Shown here piece after piece: positions 1 through 11,139 of a stretch of 64,000 nt of DNA. The position numbers and the translations under genes were made by a program. Source of the stretch: Octopus sinensis (lineage: Eukaryota). The notes under the pieces were generated by a model that was given only the letters and a program-made list of their open reading frames with translations, ran no database searches and had not been told where the DNA came from. Every line of letters starts with the position of its first letter. The first letter of the stretch is position 1. The stretch is from NCBI RefSeq assembly GCF_006345805.1, contig NC_043000.1, forward strand, positions 153,946,001 to 154,010,000. Reading direction: 5' to 3'.

Positions 1-103
1 TTTAAATTCATTTACTTACTCGACTTACGGTTGGTTTGGTATATAAACCAAAAAAACTCTTATGATTTAAACACTTTTAGTCCTGAGCCCATTGAAAGAA
101 GTC

Positions 104-290
104 ATGATGAGTGCAAAAAAATTTTACACACAGGTTATTCGGGATGAAGAAGCTGCAATAGAATTTCTCCGACGCTATTAACTCCTTGATGAAAATGGAG
201 ATATTGATCCATGCAGCAAATGTGTAGGAGAAATGGTGGAAAAACGAAGAAAAATAAGAGGTGAAGGCCGTTCTGTTTTTCGCTGCACAA
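104..290 (+). mobile_element. Merlin/IS1016-like (ISXO2-type) transposase N-terminal remnant
   Basis: Manual translation MMSAKKFYTQVIRDEEAAIEFLRRY*LLDENGDIDPCSKCVGEMVEKRRKIRGEGRSVFRCTK matches the E..AI.FL...LL...C.KC..EM...R...RC zinc-ribbon pattern of Merlin transposases; one in-frame stop. Confidence 0.5.
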
Positions 291-454
291 AGAGTCTAGA
301 TTTAAAGTTGCTGTAGATCACAAAGGAATGTAGATCACATACTACACAGCACAATTTTTATTTCTTTCTTAATTTTGTTTTCTTAAAATTGAAATAAATG
401 TATTCAATTGTGAAATTGCCGGGCAACGACGTCCAACTCAGCTAGTTTATCAGT

Positions 455-927
455 GAGAGTTAAAGGTTGGGAAGCCAACCAACTAAGGGATAGTACATAT
501 CCAATATACTGCTGGTAGTGTGCCCATTTATTCATACCCAAATGCTGGTTATTGTGTGGCAATCTCGCAATTGAGTGTCATATATAAGCGGGGGTAAAAA
601 GCAGTTTACCTTTAATTTATGCGGCAAATAAGAAAATGGAGAGGATACAAAACGACATAGATCATCCGGTAGACATTCCTGTGTGTCTATTTATTCCAAA
701 ACATAAGAAAGTATTAGAAGAAAACGTGTTAATGTTACAGAGTAGAGCAAAAGATTATTTGATCTTTTGTTCTTTTCTGTAATATTAATACATGTGTGCG
801 TGTAACACATAGTTACTACATGTGTATGTTTTCTTCTAATACTTTCTAATGTTTTGGAATAAATAGACACACTGGAATGTCTACCAGATGATGTATGTCG
901 TTTTGTTTCTTCTCCATTTTCTTATTT
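455..927. mobile_element. Penelope-like non-autonomous repeat (family P1) with fold-back end
   Basis: Start (gagagttaaaggttgggaagccaaccaactaagggatagtac...aatatactgctgg) is shared with copies at 7400, 27258 and 30850; 626-725 and 828-927 form a ~100-bp inverted repeat. Confidence 0.55.
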
Positions 928-930
928 TCC

Positions 931-1005
<75 letters not shown>
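931..1005. repeat. (TA)n microsatellite
   Basis: Direct reading. Confidence 0.97.
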
Positions 1006-1010
<5 letters not shown>

Positions 1011-1139
1011 TAATCCAAACAAGAAAGCACAAAAAAAACACAACAACGCGAGGACGTGGAACAAATAAAGTATTATTGGACGCTCGGGAAAGAAGGGAAG
1101 AAGGAGGGTTTAACGTTTCGAGCGGAGCTCTTCGTCGGA
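1006..1139 (-). mobile_element. Penelope-like terminal-repeat fragment carrying a hammerhead-like motif
   Basis: Minus strand reads CCGACGA-A-GAGC TCC GCTC-GAAAC-GTT-AAA (1138-1109); left end abuts (TA)n. Confidence 0.55.
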
Positions 1140-1448
1140 CAGTACTTTCGAGACAGTACTTCTTGATACACCAAACATTTCGGCTCTTTTCCTTACGCTA
1201 GCGCCTGCCATACGAGCACCGACAATTTGAACTCTTTGAAAGTTCGATAGATCTGTGATTTTAATGAATTTTAATTACATTTTTCTAATGATATCTGAAA
1301 AGAAACAGCAATTTTAGCAAAACGTATTAAGCAACACTAATAATAAATCAGAAAACATAAATATAAACAAGCTCTTGACGGCTCTATAGATATTCCAAAA
1401 TTACGATGCTATGATGGTAGGTGTTTCCATTATTTTGTCCAACCCCTG
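1140..1448 (-). mobile_element. Tc1-like DNA transposon, 5' end fragment
   Basis: TIR TA|CAGGGGTTGGACAAAATAATGGAAACACC at 1448-1420; minus translation TDLSNFQRVQIVGARMAGASVRKRAEMFGVSRSTVSKVL is the Tc1 paired-like HTH N-terminus. Confidence 0.8.
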
Positions 1449-1454
1449 TATATA

Positions 1455-1469
<15 letters not shown>

Positions 1470-1488
<19 letters not shown>

Positions 1489-1859
1489 TCATACATGTAC
1501 ATGTTCATACATGCATATATACATATATACCTATTCATACATATACATGCATTTTTACATACTCCTCTATGTGCGTTTTTTTGTGTATTTGTGAGTATGT
1601 AAGCAGGTAGGTATGAATACGTGCAATCACGTGTATTGTGATGCAGTTTACTTCTATGAGAAAGTCGTTCAATGGAAAATGAACATGCAATACTCATGCT
1701 TGTTTACATTTTTTACAACCATACTCGCACACGCACATATATAGGAATGTATATATATATACATATATTTATATGTGTGTATGTGCATACACACACGCGC
1801 GCACAAAGCCTGTTGCTGCATGGATACAGTGGTTGCAGTTTGTGTTAGTGGCAGCTGAA

Positions 1860-1920
<61 letters not shown>

Positions 1921-2290
1921 TACATGTACATGTTCATACATGCATATATACATATATACCTATTCATACATATACATGCATTTTTACATACTCCTCTATG
2001 TGCGTTTTTTGTGTATTTGTGAGTATGTAAGCAGGTAGGTATGAATACGTGCAATCACGTGTATTGTGATGCAGTTTACTTCTATGAGAAAGTCGTTCAA
2101 TGGAAAATGAACATGCAATACTCATGCTTGTTTACATTTTTTACAACCATACTCGCACACGCACATATATAGGAATGTATATATATATACATATATTTAT
2201 ATGTGTGTATGTGCATACACACACGCGCGCACAAAGCCTGTTGCTGCATGGATACAGTGGTTGCAGTTTGTGTTAGTGGCAGCTGAAACA

Positions 2291-2295
<5 letters not shown>
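1470..2295 (+). repeat. Tandem duplication, ~428-bp unit x2
   Basis: 1491-1860 is essentially identical to 1920-2289; junctions fall in CA/TA microsatellites. Confidence 0.9.
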
Positions 2296-2333
<38 letters not shown>

Positions 2334-2555
2334 CCATCACACTCACAAACATTCGCACAGACGCGCTTGCAGTTATTTATCAATGTAATAATTGCGTATT
2401 TAACTTGACCAAGTTCTTTGTGGTTGTACGCAGCAAGAGTAATTCGAAGGAAATAAACGTACAAGGTCGCGTGTATTTCTTTAAACATACTCTGAATGCA
2501 TATCCCTGTATGTATGTCGTTTTTCTTTGTTTTATTTATTAATTTTCTCTCTGGC

Positions 2556-2728
2556 GAAGGCGCATGGCTCAGTGGTTGGGCTCACAATCATGAGGTAGTG
2601 AGTTCGAATGCCAAACCATGCTGTGTGTTGTGTCCTTGAGCAAGACACTTCATTTCACGTAACTCCAGTTAAGTTAGCAGCAGAAACGAGTTGCAACGTC
2701 ACTGGTGCCGAGCTGTGTTTCCCTTTTG
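2556..2728 (+). mobile_element. tRNA-derived SINE with CORE-like domain (family C, tail T3, truncated)
   Basis: A box tggctcagtggtt, B box gagttcgaatgcc, then gtgtccttgagcaagacacttcatttcacg (CORE-like); homologous to 59350-59660. Confidence 0.75.
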
Positions 2729-2761
2729 TTGTTGGGGGCTTCATACCCAAATATCTCATAC

Positions 2762-3170
2762 CCAAATATTCAGTGAGAGCCGTAACTAATCTGCACATCC
2801 TCTGATAACTCACGGATGGTGATTAGATGATTTCCCCTCATAGCTACACACACGTCTTGGAAACGTCTGAACCACTCGTTCACTTGTCTGTGGGTCATGT
2901 ACTCATCTTCATACAGTTTCTTCAACTTTGCGTAGGCCTCTGAGCAGGTATCGCCATGACAACTTTCTCTATGATGGTCAATGTGACGATCACATGCTAC
3001 ACACCTTCCTTCCAAGCATTTCTGTAAACAGCGGTAGTGAGCTAGAACGTTAAAACTCAGTGCGCATGCACATTTCAAAATGACTTTACTTTGCGTGCTT
3101 TAGCTTCTTTACTCTGCGTGCTTTAGCTTCATTACTATGGCAACAGTCCGGATACTTATTGATCAACCCC
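2762..3170 (-). mobile_element. mariner transposon 5' fragment
   Basis: TIR TA|GGGGTTGATCAATAAGTATCCGGACT at 3170; translation SEAYAKLKKLYEDEYMTHRQVNEWFRRFQD...ITIRELSEDVQISYGS is the mariner HTH; same family as 26125-26984. Confidence 0.85.
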
Positions 3171-3424
3171 TATATGTATCCCATAGCAGAGGTGTTGTTA
3201 ATATTTATCCCAGAGCAGTCTTTTCTGCGAACGGCATTCTATGTTGCAGTGAGAAGTAGTATCTCGTTGAAATTTTATGGCAGGTTCTGATTACATGTAT
3301 TATGTCCTTCGTAGAAGAGATATTTAATTGCCACATGCTGTTGCATCCTGGGATTTTAAGGGTTTCGCTGTCCTGGTTGTTCATTAGATATTAAGTTCAT
3401 TAGAAATCTCGCGATCTTGCATTG

Positions 3425-3660
3425 TGGAGGTACATGGCCTAGTGGTTAGCGCAGCGGACTCGCGGTCGAGGGGTCGTCGGTTCGAATCCAAGACCGGGCG
3501 ATGTGTGTGTTTATGAGCGAACCACCCTCACTCTTTCCTGCTGCATCTTATAGCTCACCTGCGACGGACCGGCGACCCGTCCAGGTGGGTAACCTATACG
3601 CCAAGGAAACCGGGAAACCGGCCCTAATGAGCCAGGCGTGGCTCGAGAAGGAACAAACAG
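3425..3660 (+). mobile_element. tRNA-derived SINE (family D body + tail T2) with 12-bp TSD
   Basis: A/B boxes (tggcctagtggtt; ggttcgaatcc); TSD gatcttgcattg at 3413-3424 and 3661-3672. Confidence 0.85.
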
Positions 3661-3827
3661 GATCTTGCATTGCTAAAGCACAACCTTTAAAATCTGGGGC
3701 GATATTAGGTCACAAGGCCAAGTTCTCTTTACATTTCATATTAATATTGCCTGCTTGTTCTAGTTTATGCATGTTCCATCACATCCTTTCCCAGATTCCC
3801 TCATCCCCTCACTACTGTTTCTCACTT

Positions 3828-3874
<47 letters not shown>

Positions 3875-4035
3875 TACACACACACACACACACACACATA
3901 CACTTCCTCTCATACGACTTTTGTCTCTCCGACCCACTTTCTACCGACGCATGCACAACTACTTGCACTGATGTATTTGTCGCCAAACTGTGTCCAGGGC
4001 TGCATCGACGTAGTACGAACAAAATCTATTCTCTC

Positions 4036-4070
4036 TTTCCCCAACAAAAATATGTTCGAAACGTCGGGAA
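4036..4070 (+). ncRNA. Decayed minimal hammerhead-like motif
   Basis: TTTCC-CCAACAA-AAATATGTTC-GAAAC-GTC-GGGAA: stem I pairs; the core equals CCGACGA with both CpG G>A changes. Confidence 0.4.
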
Positions 4071-4759
4071 GTCATTTCGCAACAACAAACAAACTAAAGA
4101 AACATTACCCTTAATTTATTTTAGCCTGTACCAATAGTTACAATTTTTGCTGATGCAGACAATAGCTAATTTCCCAGAACATTATTCTTACACCCCTATC
4201 CATACGAACATATAAATGCATGTACGTATGTATGTATGTATGTATGTATGTATGTACGTATGTATGTATATATATATGTATGTATATCTGTATTATGTAT
4301 GTAAGTTTGAATTCATATATACATATAGACATATACATTGACACAGTGGGACAGACACAGTAAGAAAATCAGAAAGAGTCATTTTTATCGTTTCTATCAG
4401 TAATTAGGTGAAATCATTATCCGTATATTTCCAGAGGGACCAAATCTAGTTATCGTTATATATCTAAACTGTTTGTAAGAAATTTTTCGAGTGTAAAATT
4501 ATTAACATAGTTTTCAGTTTTCAACGTAATTTTCAATTTGATTGTATATATATCCTCTGTGTATGTGCTTGTGCGAGTGAGTGTATGTGTAAGTCTGCTT
4601 ATGTGTGCAGTTGTTTCAGTGTGTGTAATATAGATATATAGAAAGAAAAAAAGAGAGATATATAGATAGATGAATAAGTATAATCTATATATAAATACAA
4701 ATTCCCGCACAAACACACACGTACACATATAAAAACTCATACACATATATTTATACGGA

Positions 4760-5040
4760 TCTCGATTCTTGTGGCTTCATAAGGACACCACCGTGACAGT
4801 ATTCTCCAGTACTCGCTATTTTTTGCGTTGTGTGTCACAGCTCGAATCTCTGCTAATGATTTGCATGTCTACTATATCATGTTATTCGTCCAACGTTTTC
4901 GGTGTCCGATTCTACTTTATACCCTTACACGGTTTCTTCAAGAATGTGGTTTTTAAAGAATCTTACAAGGCTATAGCATCTCAGATTTTTTTTTTAGCTC
5001 AACTGCTTAGAGATCTTAATAGGGGTTATTGTGCTGCTGA
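4760..5040 (-). mobile_element. RTE-clade LINE 3' fragment
   Basis: Minus translation with frameshifts NHILEETV*G / SRIGHRKRWTNNMI**TCKSLAEIRAVTH resembles the RTE C-terminus (ILQG.VEG.R..GRPRKRW.DNI..WT). Confidence 0.55.
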
Positions 5041-5648
5041 ATAGTAATTTCTGGATCCTGCTCATTTCTGACAAAGTCCAGGTACGAAACACTTAAGATG
5101 TTGTGCTGATAACGCCTACAGATGCAGAAACAACAGTATGCACATCTCATCTAGTCTCCAGAAAAGCAATCTTAATGACGTCAATTTTGGACAGCAACAA
5201 ATAGATTGTGGTTCACTACAGCTGTTTCGGATGTGTTTTATTGATGAATAGAAGCGTTACATCATGCGGGGAAAAACGTTTTCAGCAGCTGAATACATGT
5301 AAGAATTAAACATTTTGAACATCTCAATAACAACTCAAAAGTGCAATTTTGGCACTGTCGACTAAAATTCAGTCAGAGAGTGAATAACTCGATCCTGCAA
5401 TTCGCTTGGATCTGGAGTCTATTGAATGCTGTACCATTGGTTCAGTGTTTGTACTCATTTGCGACTTTACTGATTCGTTTTATATTCAGTCCGCCATTTG
5501 TAATTGTACGCACAACCGGTGCATATATGTTTACTTTATTAAGTACGTATTTGCCGTCTAATATTGCTTGTACGCGATAGCGATATCACCGACTCGATCT
5601 TAGCGCTTTACTATTTAAGTACCTGACCCGCTAGAATCCACAGACATA

Positions 5649-5731
<83 letters not shown>

Positions 5732-5884
5732 TTTTTTAATTGTGCGTAAAAATACGTTTTAGAGTGAAAATAGAAAATGAAATTACTTAAAAAGTGTGCA
5801 TAAATGTGTGTGTGTATATGTGAATTTCTGTGTGTGTTGGTGTGTGTGTGTGTATGTGTGTATTTATGTGAATATATATGTATG

Positions 5885-6043
5885 TATGTTCCCTTTCTGT
5901 TTTTAATTATTTGAAATCTTTGGGTAAAGTACAAATGTCTGTAATTGGTATGTTGATGATAAAACAATTCAGATATTTAACTTGAGAAAAGACTTGCATA
6001 TTTCTGCTGTTCCGCATTCAGATTGTATTTGTAATGTGCGTAT
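5885..6043 (-). mobile_element. RLE-type LINE 3' end (family F, CATA-flanked)
   Basis: RTLQIQSECGTAEICKSFLKLNI* plus 3'UTR, homologous to the end of 12245-12997. Confidence 0.7.
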
Positions 6044-6077
6044 TTGTATGTATGTATATGTATGTGTGTATGTGCAT

Positions 6078-6110
<33 letters not shown>

Positions 6111-6134
6111 TGGTGTGTATGTGAATATATATGT

Positions 6135-7339
6135 ATATTCACAAAGTTCCCGGACTTTGGAGTGGCGCAGGAGTTGCTGTGTGGTAAGCTTGCTAACCAA
6201 CCACCTGGTTCCGGGTTCAGTCCCACTGCGTGGCATCTTGGGCAAGTGTCTTCTGCTATAGCCCCGGACCGACCAATGCCTTGTGAGTGGATTTGGTAGA
6301 CGGAAACTGAAAGAAGCCTGTCGTATATATGTATATATACATATATATATGTGAGTGTGTGTTTGTGTGTCTGTGTTTGTCCCCCTAGCATTGCTTGACA
6401 ACCGATGCTGGTGTGTTTACGTCCCCGTCACTTAGCGGTTTGGCAAAAAGAGACCGATAGAATAAGTACTGAGCTTACAAAGAATAAGTCCCGGGGTCGA
6501 TTTGCTCGACTAAAGGCGGTGCTCCAGCATGGCCGCAGTCAAATGACTGAAACAAGTAAAAGAGTAAAGAGAGGACTACTTATGTTTAATAAAAAATAAC
6601 TTATCTACCTATGTTTTATCATCATCTTCTTCAAAATAGCCATCTTGCACAACGTTCCTACTACAAATCGAATAAAGCCTGGAATTCGTTTTCCGTACGC
6701 TAGTCGACGACCTTCTGCAATTCGTTCTTGATCCCGACACCGGTGTTAAAAGGGCAACCTTTGAGCTGCATTTTCATCTTGGAGATGAGATTGAAGTCCG
6801 CAGGTGCTAAATTTTGTGAATAGGGCAAGTGCGGAAGCGATACCATGTTGTTTTTGGCGACAAACTCACGAGTGAGGGGAGCTCAGTAACAAGGCGCATT
6901 ATCGTCGTAAAGAATCCAATTTATCGTGCTCCACAGATCCGCTCGCTTTTACCGAATGTCCTCCCTCAAACGCTTCAAAACGCCGTTGATTATCCTCCGA
7001 TGATCCTCATGCACAAGCTGACGAATTTTCTCCACATTTCCGGAAGTGACTCTCGTGGCAAGTCTTCCAGATCGCTCACCGTCTTTCAGAGACGTTCTTC
7101 CGTTTTTTGAAGCGCCCATGCCTGCTTTTGAAGCACCGTAAGCTTGTCGAAGCATGCCCATTGTCTCAGTTCCATCTTGCTGTTCATGAGAAAAATCGCA
7201 GACTACATCATACATGTAATCACAAAAACACAAATGTCACAACTTGCGGAATAAACACAGCGATGTCACGAGACACACTATGTCTTGTCATCTGCTGGCA
7301 TGTTACAGAACTAATCCGGGAACTTTTTGATACCACTCG
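6135..7339 (-). mobile_element. Internally deleted mariner element, interrupted by a SINE near one TIR
   Basis: TIR TA|CGAGTGGTATCAAAAAGTTCCCGG at 7339 and partial attcacaaagttcccggact at ~6137-6157; translation includes DGERSGRLAT..NVEKIRQLVHEDHRR, LKRLREDIR, WILYDDNAP and YSQNLAPADF (cf. mariner YSPDLAPSDF). Confidence 0.85.
6164..6573 (+). mobile_element. SINE family A (~410 bp, internal (TA)n(TG)n tract, GTAAAAGA tail)
   Basis: tRNA-like head ggcgcagga..tgtgtggt / gggttcagtccc; at least 10 near-identical copies in this window. Confidence 0.9.
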
Positions 7340-7343
7340 TATC

Positions 7344-7391
<48 letters not shown>

Positions 7392-7394
<3 letters not shown>

Positions 7395-7880
7395 CCAAGT
7401 AAGTTAGGGGCTGTGGATCCAACCCACTAAGGGATAATACAATATACTGTTGGCATAATACCCAAATTATTAATACACAAGGGTTTTTAATTGCAATGAA
7501 ATTAACTTACTTATTGTATTAAATGGGTGAAGGTAAAGAAATATTTTACCATTAATTTATAATACAAATAAGAAAATGGAGTAACAATTAAGTTGGTTTA
7601 TCAGCTTTAGGATATTAAAATATTGACTTATTTATTTATTTACCAAAACGAGAAACATAATAACATACATATATACTTTAGAATTCAATACATATAAGAT
7701 AAGAATATAATTATGAAAACCTTAATATAAATTATTGGAATCATTAAAATCAATCTTACAGCTGTTTCAGCCTATGGAAAAAGTAGTTTCCAGTGCCTAT
7801 AGTTGTCAATTATATTGAGGTTGTAGGCATTTGAAAATAGGGTACTTATATATAACCATAGGCCTCGTTAGTGATTATAA
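7392..7880. mobile_element. Penelope-like repeat (family P1) with hammerhead motif
   Basis: Shared P1 start aagttaggggctgtggatccaacccactaaggga; hammerhead on the minus strand at 7752-7876; abuts (TA)n. Confidence 0.6.
7752..7876 (-). ncRNA. Type-I minimal hammerhead ribozyme motif (one core mutation)
   Basis: AATCA-CTAACGA-GGCCTATGG...CCATAGGCT-GAAA-CAGCTG-TA-AGATT: 9-bp stem II, palindromic ACAGCTGT helix III, 4-bp stem I, G5>A. Confidence 0.65.
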
Positions 7881-7949
7881 AGTACTTTCAAAATATAAAC
7901 ATATATATGAAATAGGATACACGTACAATTACACGTGTATCCTATTTCA

Positions 7950-8370
7950 TAATCTCTACTCTTTCCAACGCCGCCGGGAGCGCTACATCATTTGCGTGAT
8001 GGGGAAAATATTCCATCAATATTAAAGTCCATCCAATACTTGACCCTCGTGCTATCTGCCCACTACAAAAATAAAACTTAGGACACATAACAATATTACG
8101 CCAAAACTACTTTACCTCAACCAGTCCAGCTCTCTTTAGTACCATACCAAAATACGTCAAAACGGAAACGGATCCCTTAAAATTCAAAAGTTCACCGGAC
8201 AAATTTCTTCAAAAAATCCCAGATCAACCTCTTACACCAGGATATGTCATCAACAATAATAACTCTTTGCTAGAGTGGGCCATGTTGCCCTATATATAAC
8301 TAAAAGACTTCACCAGGTGGCGCTTTTATGTTAGACATAGCCTGGGCCTATACTAGCCGAAACCTGTCAA
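7950..8370 (+). mobile_element. CR1/L2-group LINE 3' fragment
   Basis: NLYSFQRRRERYII...QNYFTSTSPALFSTIPKYVKTETDPLKFKSSPDKFLQKIPDQPLTPGYVINNNNSLLEWA is a typical post-RT C-terminus. Confidence 0.7.
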
Positions 8371-8865
8371 AGTTATCAACGTTATATATATGCATATGTG
8401 TGTGTGTGTACCTATTTATGTATGTATGTATGTATGTATGTATGTATGTATGTATGTATGTATGTGTGTGCATATATTTATCTCTCTCTCCCTCCCCCCT
8501 CTCTCTCTCCCTATATATATAGACCTGAGAACATTTTTTATGAAATCTACCAGAAGTCTCCGCTCTCACCGCAGCCGATATTTATTCAAATGAAAGACTG
8601 CTGATTTGGGCCAATACAGCTCAAGACTAGTGTCACGGCAGTTATTGCCGTCAGAACACAAAGAACCGAAATAGATGTCATCAGACATCTCGTCCGACTC
8701 TCTAGCAGCTCCACCAATCCACTGCGTTGTACTGGAACTTTGAATTGATCCCAAAAGGCAAAGTTGACTTGAACGGGATTTGAAAGCGCAGAGTTGGAAC
8801 AGATATCACGAAATATTCTAACACGTCTGTCAATTCGTTGCCATTGCGGTTACTTTGTTTTTTTT

Positions 8866-9228
8866 CTTTTACTTTTTTACTTGTTTCAGTCATTTGACTG
8901 TGGCCATGCTGGAGCACCGCCTTTAATCGAGCAAATCGACCCCAGGACCTTATTCTTTGTAAGCCTAGTACTTAGTCTCTTTTGCCGAACTGCTAGGTTA
9001 CGGGGACGTAAACAAACCACCATCGGTTGTCAAGCTATGTTGGGGGGACAAACACAAACACATAAACACACACACACACACACACATATATGCGACGGGC
9101 TTCTTTTAGTTTCCGTCTACCAAATCCACTCACAAGGCTTTGGTTGGCCCGAGGCTATAGTAGAAATCACTCGCCCAAGGTGCCACGCAGTGGTACTGAA
9201 CCCGGAACCACACAGCCACTCCTGAACC
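8866..9228 (-). mobile_element. SINE family A
   Basis: Reverse complement of the family A consensus. Confidence 0.9.
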
Positions 9229-9567
9229 TATATGGTTAAGAAACAAAACAAAGCGTTACAAATGAGTACGATAACTATATATGACACTAGCTTTATATGC
9301 GCATGCGTATGTGCGTTCGAGGGCGTGTTTATGTGAGTGGGCACAGGTATATACGCACGCGACTGTGTACATGCGGGTGCATGTTTAATTGAATCTAAAA
9401 TTATGAAAACCCGACGAATCTTTGCCAAAATTTGGAACTTAGAATTTAGAGAGAGACGTATCATTTTAATACATCCAGCTCGAATCCCATTAAGTTATCG
9501 ATATATTTTGATATTTGGTAATTTCGTTAACGCTGACTTCCATTTACTCTGTTCCTATTTATATATT

Positions 9568-9984
9568 TATTTCTTTACTGCCCACAAGGGGCTAAACATA
9601 GGGGGGGCAAACAAGGACAGACAAAGGGATTAGGTCGATTACATCGACCCCAGTGCGAAACTGGTACTTTATTTATCGACCCCGAAAGGATGAAACGCAA
9701 AGTCGACCTCAGCGGAATTTGAACTCATAACGTAACGACAGACGAAATACCTATTTCTTTATTACCCACAAGGGGCTAAACACAGAGGGGACAAACAAAG
9801 ACAGACAAAAGGGATTAGGTCGATTATATCGACCCCAGTGCGAAACTGGTACTTTATTTATCGACCCCGAAAGGATGAAACGCAAAGTTGACCTCGGCGG
9901 AATTTGAACTCATAACGTAACGACAGACGAAATACCGCTAAGCATTTCGCCCGGCGCGCTAACGTTTCTGCTAGCTCGCCGCCT
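9568..9984 (-). mobile_element. SINE family B, head-to-tail dimer with 18-bp TSD
   Basis: Head ggcggcgagctagcagaaacgttagc; second unit joins at aaagaaata|ggtatttcgtctg; TSD tgttcctatttatatatt at 9550-9567 and 9985-10002. Confidence 0.9.
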
Positions 9985-11139
9985 TGTTCCTATTTATATA
10001 TTAACGGTCTAACATTTGTATTAGAAATCTTTATTTTCTTATATTGTGACCTTCTTTTTTTCTTTCTCTTCCTTGTCGTCTTTTTCACCAATTCAGATTT
10101 ATTCGGATAAAATATAACTTGCAGCACCTCGATCACCCACTATAAGTTTCATGTTTATTCTCACTAGTTGAATCCAAAATTACAGTTTAAATCTTGCTTG
10201 TTTACTTCGTGGGAGGAAATGTCAATGTTATACAATATGTAATCTAAATTATTAAAGCTATTATAAAAAGGAGTCCGTGACGCTATTTAGCTAATACTTA
10301 AATATTTTTATTTCTTAAAGCTAGGCTATTATACTTTAACTACTAGTGTAAGTTACATTATTTTAATACTCAAGCCCTAAGACTACTCTGTTTTAGTGTC
10401 TGTAACATTTATGGGTTAATGTTAATTAAATCTCTTTAAATCTCAACGATACTTCTCTATAATAAAATTTAATACCTTTAACATATTTTTAATGATGAAA
10501 AGCAGCTAATATTACTAACTTATCAAAAGGTTGCTTTAACACTCGTAAACTGGGAATTTAGACGGGTAACTCTGCTAGCTGGTTGTAGACTGAATATGTT
10601 TACTCAGGCAAATTAGCTTTACAATATGGAAGCTAAGGTTGAATTGTTCGTCCCTCAATCCATTACAATAGATAAAATCAACTTGATGTAGGTAGTCCTG
10701 GGCTAAACAAACAACTCTATCTGTTTTCTTTCTTCATTCTTTTGTTGTTGTTGTTGATGTTGTTTTGTATGATAGATTCATAGTGTTCAGTTATCGCAAT
10801 GCAACAGAACTCGTGTCAAAAGTGACAGCAATAATTTCTTCTGGCCATACAAGGCACTTAATTGTAAACACAATTAAGTACCCTTGTCATAGTCATAATA
10901 CAGTTTGACAGAATATGCACCTTCGACTTCGAGCAAGATTTATCCACTATGCTCTCCACCAAGTCATCCTCGTTCTCTGAAAAAAGCTGATTTGTTGTTT
11001 AATGCAGCAAACCCCAAGGCGATGAAAATTGGTTGTTGGGATTTTCGCGACGTTCTAAGACTGAAATTATTTTTCCATTTTGCTCATCGATGCATGTAAA
11101 AAAAAAAAGAGAAAAAAAAAACTAGAATCTAAGAAAAGT

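Noticed and set aside
5205-5330. GAAACAGCTGTA half-site on the minus strand
   Set aside because: Matches the P1 hammerhead 3' half, but no convincing CUGANGA box or helix II partner was found
5969-6401. Recurrent 'conserved' peptides such as MPRSGTEPGTMWLVSKLLTTQ in many ORFs
   Set aside because: They recur because they are translations of SINE family A copies, not a protein family
8335-8372. Hammerhead-like GGC..GCC-GAAAC-CT-GTC-AAAG at a LINE 3' end
   Set aside because: No CUGANGA box upstream of helix II
10050-10145. Strong polypyrimidine tract plus CAG acceptor
   Set aside because: All three downstream frames hit stops within ~50 nt and there is no good donor
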